From Lama glama (lineage: Eukaryota), in contig CM052837.1 in assembly GCA_028534125.1 (NCBI GenBank), positions 744,001 to 808,000 of the forward strand: DNA of 64,000 bases, written 5' to 3'. The stretch's first letter is position 1. Each line of letters opens with the position of its first letter. The position numbers and the translations under genes are program-made. Shown here one piece after another: positions 47,001 to 60,224 of this stretch. The notes beneath the pieces are model-generated. The model saw only the letters and a list, made by a program, of their open reading frames with translations, was not told the origin of the DNA and searched no databases.

Positions 47001-50000
47001 AGGCCGCGCCTGTGAGCCGGGGGCCTGGAGCGTGGACATCACTCGGGCTTGGCTCGGCTGAGAAGATGTGGCAGGCGCGTCGACGGCCCACCTGCGTCCC
47101 ACGGGCTCCTGTCCGAGGTCGCCTGCAGCTGGGATGGTCAGTTCTGCAGGTCCTGACGGGGCCTCGCCTGCACCTGTGTGGGTCTGCGTCCCTGCCCCAG
47201 CTCCCTGGGCACCTGCGGGGCTTCCTGAAGTGCCGAGGAGGCAACGCCCCAGGACCACCAATGAGGGACGGGGTCACCGGGTAGATACCTGCGTTCTCTG
47301 TCCCCAGAAAGACAGCCCTGGGGGCGTCCCAGCAGCTCCCTGCAGGATGCAGGTGAAGGCAGCAGGTCTGCCACGCCGTGCCGACGACACACGTGGGCAC
47401 AGGCCCTGTGCGAGGATCCGGGACCGGCTGCCTGTGGGCGGGGCGAGGAGACTGTGTCGTCCTGTGCTGTTTGGCTTGGCTTTTTCAGCCGTGAATGTTC
47501 CGCGCTGAGATAAGAGACTCTCAGAGGAATAACCCTCAGGGCAGACTTCCTGGCCAAGAGGGGCTTGAGATGCGCCTCGGAAGAGGAGACAAGCCAGAAG
47601 GCGGGAGGTCCTGCTGGAGTTACAGGCAGGGCGGCAGGAGGAGCAGGAGGGCCGGGCGGTGCCTCAGGCCGAGACGGGGCCGGCGGTACTGGGACGGCGT
47701 CTCCTCCTGCCCCGGCCCAGCCCGGCCCGGCGTCACCCTGCCCTCCCGTCCCACTGCAGATCCAGCCGCGTCTTGTTGAAACGGCAAACGTCCCATAAAA
47801 CGAATAAATGGTTTTTACCCCCGAAGCTTGGTTATCGTTATGTCCATGATGCTTCCGTGTGTCGAGGGACACATCTCACAAAGGGAAAGAAAGCAAAGCC
47901 ACCGCAGACAGAAGAGGTGCTGTCGCTAGGAAAGAGGCTGCATCAAAGAAAGGCTGCCGCAACCTGGAGCATCCTCACGCACGCGCCCCGTGACCAGCTC
48001 TCCGCTGCACAAGGGCCCAGGACAGAGTAGGCATCTTAATAAAAGTTTGAAAGAAAAAAATTATCATGTTTCCCACGAGCCATAGCTTAGTCTCACGCTG
48101 TCCCTGAAAGTTTCATCTTCCCAGAGTCAATTTACAACTGAGAATGTAATCATTTTGTGTCCCTTCCCTGGACACTTCGCGAGGCTTACCGCACTGAAGC
48201 GGCGGGGATCCCAGGGGTCCTGCCCGGTTGCCCAGATGCTGTCAGCCCTGCCCTCCCCGGGCCTCCTGCAGGGTGGACTGTGCCCAGGACAGATGGGGCC
48301 TCCAAGACGCCTCTCCTTCCGGCCTCTCTCCAATCAGAGTGGGGAGGTCTCCCCCGTGGGGCTCAGGAGGAAATGGGGACAGAGCTGCAAATTGGGCCCC
48401 AGTTGTCCCCCCACCGCCCCCGCCTTCCTGACGTGCTCAGACCTGCTGGAAGGGCAGGGGGGCCAGGCCGCCGTTTTAACTGGGAGGGAGGCTGCATCGT
48501 GAGCGCTAGTGGGAGCTGCCCTCTAAGGAGGTGGGTTCTGCATGGCTGGAAGGGCCCCCATCCTCGAAGGGGATGCCGCGGGCACTGGTGGGGCTCTGGG
48601 ATCCAGGGGGCTGGCCAGCCCTGAGCTCAGGCTGCTCGCCGCGCTGTGCTCTGGTGCTTCCACCTTTCTGTCCCCAGGTGGGGACATGAGCCACACCTGG
48701 GTCCCTGGCACACCCACCGGGCTGGCATCTGGCATGGTGACCTTCTGGGGAAGAAAGCGTGTGTGGACCCACTGCTGCTGAGAGCTGCTCACCGGCCGGG
48801 ATCAGTCCGAGGAGACCTGGCCGGTAATGCTGTGGCTGCAGGACAGCCCACCCCCTGGTTCCCGCCACACTCAACAGGTCGACAGAAGAGACGCAGTGAG
48901 ACGGGCCCGGACTGAGGACTGACGAGAAAGCAGCCATCCTCGCGGTGCCAAGGGCAGAGAAGGGAGGAGAGGCAGCGGATGCGCGGGCCTTCTGGTCAGG
49001 GCTCTGTGTCGCCAGGAAGGGCTCTGGGTGTCGCCAGAGGTGCGCGTTGGGGAGAAGTGCTCGGCCCACCCAGGCGGGGGACGGAGGAGGGGCCGTCGGG
49101 CAGCCAGCCACCGGCCGCCCTGTGCAGAGAGGGCTGGTTGTTGGGGGCAAGACTGAATCCTGATTCTGATGAAGGGACCAGTGACAATGACGCACCTGTC
49201 ACACCTCATCCCGGAGACTCATCTTTAAGAGATCTGAGGAGGCGGGCAGTGGGCCAGCTCCAGGATTGCCCCGTCCACCTTGCTCTCCTTGCCCCTGTCC
49301 TGCAGGACCTGCCCTCCCTCAGCCCTGGGCCAGCCGCGTCGGGGCGGGGCTGGATGATGGAGGCTCTGGCGGGAGCGGGAGGGAGTAAGGGAGGGAGGAG
49401 CAGGTGTTTCTCGTCCCTTCTCTGCTTCCTGTGTGGCCCCTGGGTGAACCTCTCGACCCCTCTGGGTGCCCCGTCCAGCAGGAGGCGGCTGTGATGTGGC
49501 TCTGGCTCCGACCAGTGACCCTCTGCTGTGCCCTGGCAGTGTCACCGCCACTCCGGGGAGCTGGTCCCGCGGTCCCAGGGGCTCCCCGATCTCTGGGACC
49601 CGCCACTCAGCTTCTCAGCTCCACCCCGTGCACACACATCCCTGCACGCAGCTCCTGGGGCCCCTCCAACAGGCAGTGGGGCGCACCTCTGGTTCCCACT
49701 CTGGAGCCGCTGGCCTCGCGAGGATGAGGTCCTCACAGGGCCGTCTGAGATGCTGGAAGCAGAAAGCGTGTCTCTGCAGCGCACAGGGCAGGGGAGGCGA
49801 CCTTGGCTGTTCTGGTGCCGCGCTTCAGCGCTGCGGGTCTAGCTGGGTGTCCAGGTTCTGGAGGAGCTGGAGACCAGGGCCTTAGGCTGAATTAATGCAG
49901 AATGTTTCCATTAAGGGTAAGGATGTCATAAGAAGAGTGCATGGCTTAATCAGCAAGATTTTTAGCCCTTTTCCATCATCAGAAATTTTCTTTCTTTAAT

Positions 50001-53000
50001 GGAGACATAATTGATGTACAAAAACATTCAAAGAGAACGTGAAATACTTCCCCCGTGAACACGATCAAAGAGCAGGCGAGAGCCATTCTGTGCTCCTCTC
50101 CTGAAGGGGGCGCTCACACGTCCAGCCGTAAAGGTGAGCGGCCCGTGGGCTGCGGACTGTCATGCAAATTCCAGGTCAAGACGGGCCCTCACAGCTGCCC
50201 ACACCACGCCCTGGGGCCATCGAGAACAACCCAGTCATCGGTCCTCTGTCTGCTTCGCCCTGCAGGACGCCCACTTCACCCAGCGTGAGCCAGACTGTCG
50301 TGAGCACCCCGTCTGCCCAGCCGCACCCCAGTGCCACGGCGTCCGCGGGAAAACAGCCAAGTAACCTTTCTCAGGAAGAGTAACTAGAAAGCGCTCAGTC
50401 TGTCAATCGCGCGGGAGCCTGGCGGGCGGGGCCACCCCGCCAAGGCCGAGCACACAGACCAGTTTCCGGGAGGCAGCGTATTGGCTGCTGCCAGCTGGCG
50501 CCCGGTGCTGTCAGGTGTAAATCTCTCTCCATTCACGTGGTGCTACATCGGGGCCGAGCCGGCACCCAGGCCACTGCGGGGTCTTCAGTGTCGGGAGACA
50601 GACTTCCCAGCCCGGCTGACGGGTTGCAGGAGCCCCGAGCCTGGGCCCGGCTCACCTGCCAGGAGGGAGTCGGTGGGCTCCGTCCACGACGGTGGTGGTG
50701 TGGGCGGCCAGCGTGGGGGAGGTGAGGTCCCTCCACAGCAGAGAGGGGCCCCTTATTTTTGAGAAGAAGATACATGGTGTCTGAAAAGGCCCTCAAAAGA
50801 AGGTGCCTGAGGGTATCTTGAGACCTTTTTTTCCCCAGATGCCTTCTTGGCACAAGGTCCATTCAGAAGACCCCGGTTCAGGGAAAGCAGACAAACAGCC
50901 CAGTGAGGGCCGGGCACCGCGGGGGCTGAAGCCAGGGCTCCATGCCTGCGTGGATCCCGCTCCTTTCCCCCAAGAACAGGACCACCTGGCTGTCGTGTTT
51001 CTGCCCGGTGGGCTTGGCGATCTCCTGAGATGCTTCATGCCAAAGGTTGTCCCCTCCTGAACGTCCCCCTTCCCAACCACCCTGGGGCCCCAGTTCTGAG
51101 CCCCAGGGGAGGGAGGGAGAGGGAGGGAGGGAGCTGAACCCGAGTGGTTTCCTGGCTTTTGTGTCCACAGCCCTGAGCCCGAGGATTTCTCAGGGCTGGT
51201 GGTGGATGGAGAGGGGAAATGGGGTGGGAGAAGGTGGGAGGAGAGAGGGGCTCGCCCAAAGCAGGAGTGAGAGTTTCCAGGGCCGATGGGGTGGGACAGG
51301 GTCTAGGAGGCAGAGGTGCCGGCTGAGCTCAGGAGGGGCACGCAGGCATGGAGAAGGCTCCCTCCCTCCTGCGGCCGTGGAGGACATGAGTGCAAGGCAA
51401 AGACAGGGCTCGGGCCGCAGGGGAAGCTGGGGCAGGCGGTGAGCGCTGCCCAAGAGCCCTCCCCAGGCGCGGACCCCTTCCAGGCAGCCTGGACCCCAGA
51501 CCCCGGAGCTCCCGACACAGCACGTTCCTGAAGGAGGCACCCCCAAATTAAACGGGGCGTGTTTCCTGCCAACCCAGTGGGGTGGGATCCACAGTCCAGC
51601 TAAGCTGGGGTCGCAGACTGACAGCCCCCTACCTACAGTTTCTGAGGGTTTGCGTCTTCTAGGTCAAGAAGAAGTCAGCCCTTTCTGGTTCCTTTCTCTG
51701 ACAGGCGGGGAGGGATTGGGGTAAGCGCAAAGGGGGCCTGACTGGAGTGGACGCCCGGGGCTGTGGCCACTGCATCGGGGTGGGGCTCCTCCCGCAGAGG
51801 TATGGGATGTGGAGCCAGGGGCCCAGAGAGGTTCGGGAACAGTCCTGGGGCAGGCTTGGCCCCGGGAGGTTCAGACGAAGAGGCTTCCGTGGAAGCAGCA
51901 CTGGGAGGTGGGGGGGCAGGGCCACGGGCCAGACCAGGTCGGGTGAAGGCACGAAGCCGGCTGCCCTGGGGGAAGGTCCCCTGGCGGGAGCTGTCCTCGC
52001 AGGAGCACAGGCACTGCCCGAGCCAGCTGCCTGAACCGGGCCGTCAGGGGAAACACCTGGTTTCTCTCTACTCCAAACCTCCCGCCTCCGCCGGTCGTTC
52101 TCAGCCAGCAACGCACCAGCTCGTCCACGGGGATCAGCCCGTGGGGACGGAGCGCAGGGCAGAGAAGCTGGGGCGGGAGCGTCTGGGGGAAAACAGGACG
52201 GAGGGTAGGTGCTGAGGAAGGAGGGCGGCAGGCTGAGCAGGTCTGAGGTCCCGAGGGTCTCGTTCAGGAAGGGGAGCCGGTCCGGGAAAGGGGCCGTTCT
52301 CCTGGGCTGGGCTGTGGCTGTCGCAGGCCCCGGGGGTCAGCGCGTTTCCCAGGAAGCTGAGCATTCGGCTCTCCACCAGCTGCGCCCGTGCACCTGCCGA
52401 ACCAGCCACGCGTGACCCGGAGCCAAAGGCCTGCACCACTGCTCGGCGCCCCCTTCAGAATAGAGTTTCCCACGACTTGGAGCTGTGACCGACATGTGAG
52501 TGCTCGTCTGAGGCGTACAGCGCGATCTGGCGGCGCCCACGCTGCGAGGCGACCACGGGGGCCAGCGGACAGCCGTCACCGCAGGAGCGGGAGAGCTCAG
52601 TCCCGGCCTTTAGCACCAGACGTCAAACTTTACTGAAAGAATAAACAGGATGAGAGACTCAGCACAAGCGAGAATAGAACGAGGGCAATGAAATCCTAAC
52701 ACGTGGGCGCCCGCCTCACGCAGGGTCCCTCCCCGCGTAGCCAGGAGCTGGGCGGCCTGGAGACAGAGCCGTCTGGAGTCCCGTCCCGCACACCGGCCAC
52801 ATTCCCGGGACAGGGACACTCTGCCCAGTGGTCCCGTGTGGGCATCTTGGGACCACAAAGCTGTGGATCTGAAGAGGAGGTGAGCCTCCTGCCCCGCCTC
52901 TGCTCCCTGATGTCGACACACCTGGGACGCGGGGCTGGAGCTGCGGTGGGGGAGGGGCAGGGAGAAGGGGTCTGTGGGCATCGGGGGGGGGGTTCAGTGA

Positions 53001-53083
53001 GCGGCCCCCTCCCAGAACCCAGGGTGCTGGTCTAAGAGAGAAAGTGGGGCTGGGAACCGAGCCAGGCAGGGGTGTGAGGGTGG

Positions 53084-53220
53084 GGTGTGTGTGTGTGTGT
53101 ACGCTGTGCACGTATGTTGTGTGTGATGTGTGTTGCATGTGTACATGTGTTTCTTGTGTGTGTTGTATGTGCACTATGTTGTGTGTGTATGTTTGTGTGT
53201 GTATATGTGTGCATGTGTTT
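53084..53220. repeat. Degenerate (TG)n microsatellite
   Basis: Directly visible. Confidence 0.92.
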
Positions 53221-53619
53221 CCTTCACAGAGAGCTGGAATTTGAGGGGAACGAGCCGGAGAGCCGTGCGGGGCCGGGGACAGGCGCTCCCACTAGGATGT
53301 CAGGGCTGTGTCGGCAGCGAGCGCGGCGCCCGCAGGAGGGAGGCTTAGGCCGCGTGCGCGCTGGGCCGGTCCCTCCAGCGCCGCCGCCCGCCTCCCCTGC
53401 CCGGGCAGGAGCCGTGGGTGCACCTCCCCGCAGGGGCTCCGTTTCACCCGCTATCTGCTCCCACCAACGCCCCCTCTCTTCCCCAGAAGAGAAGGCTCTG
53501 ACCCACGTGGCCACCAGCTCTGGTGGTTCTGAGCAGCAGGAGGGAGCAGCCCGGCCCGACTGAGTCTGAGGCCGCAGCCCCCCCACCCCACGCTCAGAAG
53601 CAGGACTGGGCAGAGCCCA

Positions 53620-54500
53620 TGGTGGGGCCCGAGGGCGCTGGGGCTGATTCTAGCTTCATCGCTCTCACCCAGCTCCTCACAGCCTCTCTGAGCCTCACAG
53701 TTTGGCCTCAGTAAAGTAAGGGCTCGGCTCCTGCCTGGTGTCGGGGCCCTGCCTGCGGGTGAGCCCTGGCAACGTCGCCTCAGTCTCGGGGCCTCTCCCC
53801 GCGTCCTTCCGGCAGCGGGGTGGCCTTCTGACTCCAAGACCAAGTGCTCCGAGGCCACGGGGCTTGGGCGGAGTCCGCAGGCCTCTCAGGACCCAGCCCA
53901 GAAGCCCCAGATCTCATCCCCATCAGCAGCTGAGTGAGCTGCTAGGCTTGGACTCAAGGGGAAGGGAGGCAATCCATCTCCCGAAAGGGGAAAGGCCTGC
54001 ATACGCTGGTGGGGGCAGGGGAGACGCTCGGACCACCCTCGAGACAAGCCAGCTCCCCAGGGCTCCAGAATGTGGGTGCAATTCCCACGAGAGCGCTCCA
54101 TCCTTGGTGAACGGGGGGTGACAGTTCTGCCTCCTGCAGAGGGTTGCTGGCAAGGCCCCCACTGAGCTGCTGGATGTTTGTGGTTCTGGCCGGGCCCTGG
54201 TGATGGCCCGTTTAGGGGAGGGGAGCAGCTCTGGGCCAGGCTAGGCTCCGCCCTGGCTCCCCTGCCTTCACCGCTCTGAGCGCCCGTTTCTCACCTGTGA
54301 GGTGTACATGGTGAGGGTGCTGGCGTGTAGGAACACCGTGAGGGGCAATGGGACAGTGAGTGCTTGGCGTTGCTGGACCATCACGTCTGCTTCCAGAGGT
54401 CAGCAGCCGATACTGCCCACATGAGTGAGGTCTGACCTGCATGACAGAGATCCAAGGCATTGTCCCCCCATTTTATGCACAAGGAAGCTGAGGCTCATGG
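53620..54500. mobile_element. Several MIR fragments (~53620-53710 +, ~54240-54370 +, ~54440-54500 -)
   Basis: cctctctgagcctcacagttt; ctctgagcgcccgtttctcacctgtga; ccccattttatgcacaaggaagctgaggctca. Confidence 0.6.
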
Positions 54501-55284
54501 GAACAATAACAATGTTTTTAAAAAAAGTATCTTCCTTGAGGTCCCAATGCTGGTAACGTGAACTGAGGCTCAGGTCAAGGTGACAAGAGGGAATGAGAGA
54601 ATCCATGGTTGGGGGGCAGAGAATAGACGATGCTGGTGACAGGAAGAAAGCAGGGAGCTTGGAAGGGGGCGGGAGGGGAGGCTGGTGGGGTTGGAGGCGT
54701 TGGGGGACAGTGCAGAGGTCCCGAGGGGGTGCAGGGCGGAGGGAGGGAGGTGGCCACGCAGCCCATGGAGACTCGGGAGAGAGGAGCTGGTTACGGCCTG
54801 AAGGTGGGGCGACAGGAGGGAGAGTGTGGACAGAGCGGCAGAGCATGGCGGGGGCTGTTACATCGGGAGAAGCCCTGGTGACGCGGCGTCTCTGGGGAAC
54901 AGGCAGTCGGCGCCGGCTCCTGGGGGCGTGCCTGGCTGTGAGCCACGTGGATACAGTTATCGGTCCCTCATTTCCAGACGTCACAGTCTGCGGGTGAACG
55001 TGCTGTCCTTGCAGAACTCAGGCAGCAGAGGGTTGGCCTCTCCAGGAAACAACTAGGAAAATAATAAAAGTCTGAATAAGGGGCACGAGAACTAGCTCAG
55101 AACTAGCCTGGCGGCGCCACCGCTAGCGCGGGCCTGCAGTGCCATCAGCTCGCCCGGCTGCCCGGCTGGACTCAGGGCACGTGCCGGGGGCGTTCTCGGC
55201 CCGGGGGGCCGGCGAGCTCAGGGCTGAGTGTGGGCGTGGGGAGGGCTTCAGGCCCCTGGGAGGACAGGCCAGCTGGCTGCTGGG

Positions 55285-55903
55285 NNNNNNNNNNNNNNNN
55301 NNNNNNNNNNNNNNNNNNNNNNNNNNNNNNNNNNNNNNNNNNNNNNNNNNNNNNNNNNNNNNNNNNNNNNNNNNNNNNNNNNNNNNNNNNNNNNNNNNNN
55401 NNNNNNNNNNNNNNNNNNNNNNNNNNNNNNNNNNNNNNNNNNNNNNNNNNNNNNNNNNNNNNNNNNNNNNNNNNNNNNNNNNNNNNNNNNNNNNNNNNNN
55501 NNNNNNNNNNNNNNNNNNNNNNNNNNNNNNNNNNNNNNNNNNNNNNNNNNNNNNNNNNNNNNNNNNNNNNNNNNNNNNNNNNNNNNNNNNNNNNNNNNNN
55601 NNNNNNNNNNNNNNNNNNNNNNNNNNNNNNNNNNNNNNNNNNNNNNNNNNNNNNNNNNNNNNNNNNNNNNNNNNNNNNNNNNNNNNNNNNNNNNNNNNNN
55701 NNNNNNNNNNNNNNNNNNNNNNNNNNNNNNNNNNNNNNNNNNNNNNNNNNNNNNNNNNNNNNNNNNNNNNNNNNNNNNNNNNNNNNNNNNNNNNNNNNNN
55801 NNNNNNNNNNNNNNNNNNNNNNNNNNNNNNNNNNNNNNNNNNNNNNNNNNNNNNNNNNNNNNNNNNNNNNNNNNNNNNNNNNNNNNNNNNNNNNNNNNNN
55901 NNN
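55285..55903. other. N gap (619 N)
   Basis: Run of N abutting an L1. Confidence 0.99.
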
Positions 55904-56800
55904 CAAATTATACAGTAAAAATTACTAAGATGAAGACAGGGTTCATCAAAACTCAAACCCTTTGCTCCACAGAAGAACTTGCTAGAGGATCAGAGGACAA
56001 ACTACAGCTGGGAGGAGGGGTCTGGGACCCACCCGTCTGATGAAGGTCTCGCACCTGGAGTATCTGACGCTCTCCTGAAACTCAACACGAATTTGCGGGG
56101 AAAGTGGGCAGAAGGCCCGGGCAGGCGTTTCGCCGAAGGCGGCACCCAGGCATGAAACAGGCACATGAAGAGGCGCTCAGTGTCGCTAGCTCTTTGGGGG
56201 GGGGCAAAAGGAGACCACGGTGAGCTGTCACTACTCGCCCATTAGAACAACTGAAATTAAAAAAAAGACGCTGACCACGCTCGGTTCTGCTGCAGAGAAG
56301 CTGGGCCGCTCAGCACTGGACACGTGAAGCGGGCAGACACTCTGGGAAAGAGTTTGGCAGTTTCTTAAAAAAAACAAACCAAGCTACACTAAACATACAC
56401 TTTCTATGTGACCATCGAGTTCACTCCTGGGCACTTATCTCAGAGACACCAAAACTTACGTCAGTGTAAACATCTGTACACGATTCTTCACAGCAGTAGC
56501 TATTTATTTGTAGTAGCTAAAATCTGAACGCACCCAGGATGTTCCAAACAGATGGTGGTTAAATAAACGACGGTCCGTCCGAACCGTGAACGCCAACTCA
56601 GTGATAGCAAGGACCGGGTCACCGTGCCTGTGACGTCTTGAACCAACGTGCTGCGTAACAAAAGCAGTGGCACTCTCCTGACTTGGATTTTGTGCACAAA
56701 TTCTCGAAGCTGTGGCCACTGGGAATAGCTGGGTCCTGGGGCCTCTCTGTACTATCTTTGCAACCTCCTGTAAATCTATAATTACTTCATATGAAAAGTG
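55904..56800 (+). mobile_element. Old LINE-1 (L1MC-like) ORF2 end and 3'UTR
   Basis: ttcatcaaaactcaaaccctttgctc, gcacatgaagaggcgctcag, actctgggaaagagtttggcagtttcttaaaa and ctctctgtactatctttgcaacctcctgtaaatctata. Confidence 0.88.
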
Positions 56801-56965
56801 CTGTTTTAAGACAACTGATTACAAAAATAGAAGCCTCGAAGAAGTATTGCGTAAGAGAGAATATTTTAGTGGCAAATAAACATGAAAAGATAAACTGATA
56901 CCTTGTCATCAAGAAAATGGTTATGTATACACACATTATGATTCAGTATATGTATTTCAGTATAT

Positions 56966-57190
56966 ATGTCACACCTGCACGTGCACATCACACCCCCGTG
57001 CACATGTCACACCCCTGTGTGTGCACATCACGTCCCAGTGCACATGTCACACCCCCGTGTGCGCCCATCACACCCCAGTGCACACGTCACACCCCTGTGT
57101 GTGCACATCACACCCCCGTGTGTGCCTATCACGTCCCAGTGGATGTACATCACACCCCAGTGTACGCATCACACCCCATGTGTGTGTATT
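56966..57190. repeat. Minisatellite with ~18-22-bp units (TCACACCCC-GTG...GCACA)
   Basis: Repeated tcacacccc/tcacgtccc cores alternate with gtgcaca-type palindromic spacers. Confidence 0.9.
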
Positions 57191-57234
57191 ACATTTCGCC
57201 TGTATTTGCGTCTCCTCGAAGGCCAGTGTGATGG

Positions 57235-57505
57235 TATTTTAGCCAAGTGTTGGGAAGGCTGTGGAGCAAACTGAATTCTGATGCATTTCTAGCGTGAATT
57301 GAATTTGTGGAACCACTTGGAAAAGAGCTTGGGAGCCCCCACCAAGACGGAACATACCTGGAGTCCACGACACGAGATCATGCCGGAATCGTGCCACATT
57401 TACACCAGAGATGGGTACCAGAGTGACCACAGCAGCACGCCCATGACACAGGACCCTGGGAATGACTCACATGCCCATCAGCGGTAGAATGGATGGACGC
57501 ACTGT
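57235..57505 (+). mobile_element. Old L1 (L1ME-like) fragment
   Basis: ccaagtgttgggaaggctgtggagcaaactgaa, aaccacttggaaaa and atgcccatcagcggtagaatggat. Confidence 0.75.
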
Positions 57506-59029
57506 GACCTCCTGGGCATCTTTCCCGCTGGAGTGTGTCTGGGACTTGCAGCTCACCTGGATGCTGACCCAGCTCAGCACCTCCCGGCTGTTCCCATCTG
57601 ATCCTGGGGCGGCTGCGACCCAGCGTTTGTCTTTTAGGACCAATCTCTGTGCCCTCCCTCCGAGCCGAGTTCCTTCTTGGCTTGCTGAGTGTCCGGATGA
57701 AAGGCAGGAAGCCCCCTGGTCACTCCCCCCCCGCCCCCCCAGCAGAGGCCCGCAGCCCCCGACTCCTTCCCTGAGGAGCAGCGCGTGCAAACCTGCGGGC
57801 AGCGGACCCTCGAAGCGTGTTCCTCCGGCTCCGGCCTCACGGCGTCCGTGGAGTCAGTCTGGGAGTCTTGCGCACAAGGTGCCCCTCCCTGTGCTGGGCG
57901 GCCGAGCAGCTGCCCTGACCAGCTGTGTGCGTACCTCGAAGCGCGGAATGAAGCAGGGCAGACAGGAGGGTCTGTGCCTCGCACGCCCTGGCACTGGCGG
58001 CCGAGCTGAACACTGAGCCGGCCGGAGCCATGGCACGGGTGACGCTCGGCCCACCTTGAAGAGCAACGTGGAGGCGTGTTTAGAAGCAGAGAGCTCTCAG
58101 TATTTTGCAAAAGGAGCAGTGAAATAAGTTTCTTTAGAAACAGAAAAGCCAGCCAGCATATCAGCAAGATAATCTCCAGGCAGCCAGAATCCTGTTGAGT
58201 CACAGCACCTTCCTTTAGAAAAGCTGAGAGCTTCGCTTGTCGAAACCGAGCAGAGCCCTGCAAGGGCAAGGATGCTCTTCTAGACACACATGTAATGCAT
58301 GCGTGTGTTGTAAATGCACGTACATGGACACCCCTCAGTCTATGGTCAGTTTCTGCTAAGACGCCTTGTCCTCATGCTTGCTCACAGGAGGGAGGTAGAC
58401 CAGATGGAGAAGCCGCCCCCTTGTGCATGGTTTCCGACCATGGTCCACACTCGCATTCTGCATCTGAAGGTGCCCAGGTTGGATTTGGCCGCATGTAGAC
58501 CAGAGGCAGGGTTGGGTTGCAAACCGGTCACCTGGTGGAGGACCCCAAGGAGTCCCTGTGGGGACAGAGGAAGTGGATGGGCAGGGAGCCCCGGAGGAAT
58601 TCAGGCATCCGAGTGCAGCCAGCATGTCAGAGTGGCCTGCCCTGAGGGGCCCAGGAGCCGGTGTCTACTCGCCAGGCCCGTCGGAGGACGGTCAGGACGT
58701 GGACTTCCACTCCGAGGGAGAGGATTCCGGGTGGCCTGCTTCCCAGAGGTCTGCCACTGGCTGTAACCTGCATCGGAGCACACGTGACCAAGGGCCCTCG
58801 GGCGGGCGTCTGTGGGAGACGCCGGCGCAGTCTAGGGCCTGTGCCCTGTGGGGAGTGACCTCGCGACCCTCACGTGCTGCATGGCCCTCCTGGCCGCGCC
58901 TCTCACCCGAGTCAGGACCAGTGGCCCCCAGTGTGTCTCTCATCCCGTCTGCGTGCGGAGGTGGCCAGGGGCTCCAGCAGAGGCTGCGGCCTGAGGCTGA
59001 GGCTGGGACTCCCGCTCGTGTGGCGCTCA

Positions 59030-59700
59030 GCAGGGTCTGAGGGACATCCGGACGATGGTCCCTCTGGAAGAAGGATGTATCGGGGGGATGGAGTGAGGGT
59101 TGCCAGGGCCGTCCCCCTGCAGAGGGGGTCAGCCACGTGGAAATCGGGCAGGAGCGCTCCGGCAGAGGGAACAGCCGGACGTGGCCCCATGGCCAGAGCG
59201 GGTGTCTTGCTGGAGAAGGAGCGAGGGGGCGGGCGTCCTGCGACCTCACTCTGAGCGGGGTGTGACGCTCACGGATGTGAGCTGAGGGCTGGCCCGGCTC
59301 GGCGTGTGTTTTGAGGGGCTGACTGGCTGTTGGATTGTGAATGTTCGAGGTGGGGTGTTGGGGGAGGTCAGGGAAGCCGGGAGCCCGCTTAGCGGGGGCG
59401 GGGTGATGAGAGCGGCGGTGTGGCTCAGGTCCAGGTGGGTGCCAGGGGCTGCAGGAGTCTCCCTCTGCAGGCAGAGCACTGGGGTCTCCTAACGGATTAG
59501 ACGCTGGGTGCGGGAGTAAGAAATGAGTCTGCGATGAGCCCAGGGTTTGGTGCAAGGAGCTGGGTGGAGCCACGTCGCTGTGAGAGGGAGGCTTGTGGGC
59601 TGCTGACAGGGAGCTGAGACCCGCTCGGAGACGGGGCATCGAGCCATCGAAGCAGCGACATCAAGCTCGTGATCCGACGCCTGAGTCAGAGACAGAGATG
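59030..59700 (-). mobile_element. L2 LINE fragment
   Basis: gagcgctccggcagagggaacagc and gagtctgcgatgagcccagggtttggtgcaaggagctgggtgga resemble antisense L2. Confidence 0.7.
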
Positions 59701-59800
59701 CGATCCTTCCCGACTCAGCTCGAAGCTGAGGTCAGAGAGGTGAAGTCGTGATTCACCGGAGGCAGCCCAGCTCCACTGGGAGGGCCCGGGGTGACGTCTG
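59700..59800 (-). mobile_element. MIR fragment
   Basis: gaagctgaggtcagagaggtgaagt. Confidence 0.55.
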
Positions 59801-60224
59801 CCGTCGTGGCTGCTGGCGGGACAGGCGCCGAGCTTGGGTGGGCAATGACAGCCGGGCAGGCTGGCGGGTACTTTGCATGGAATTGGTATTTTGGCAATTA
59901 AATTGAGCTGCTTTAACTAGACCAGGCAGAGCGACCAGCCAGACTGTCTGGCTTTGCAGCCCCACAAGGGTGCTGGTGACGCCACGAGGCTTTGAGCTGC
60001 TGACCTGGGGGAAGTTACCGACCCGCCAAGAGGCCTCCAAGTCCACTTTTAGCTGGTGGTAATGGTAACCCTGGCTCACAGGCAACGATGAGATGGTGCG
60101 CAAAACGTCTGGAGTGAAGTCCACCACCCAGTGAGGGCCTGGACACGTGAGTGGGGGTCACGGCAGGGGTGGGGGTCCATCTTCATGATGCAATTGCTGC
60201 TTCAGGGAAGTCTCTCCGTGGGGA

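Noticed and set aside
55123-56040. ORFs spanning N runs (also near 1.1, 7.5, 8.0 and 33.1 kb)
   Set aside because: Artefacts of translating through N.
8309-59639. Other ORFs over 200 aa (8309-9241, 11827-12636, 12246-13106, 24158-25066, 36530-37228, 58692-59639)
   Set aside because: No recognisable domains, mostly non-ATG starts, and several overlap MIR, L2 or MLT remnants. Expected in high-GC DNA.
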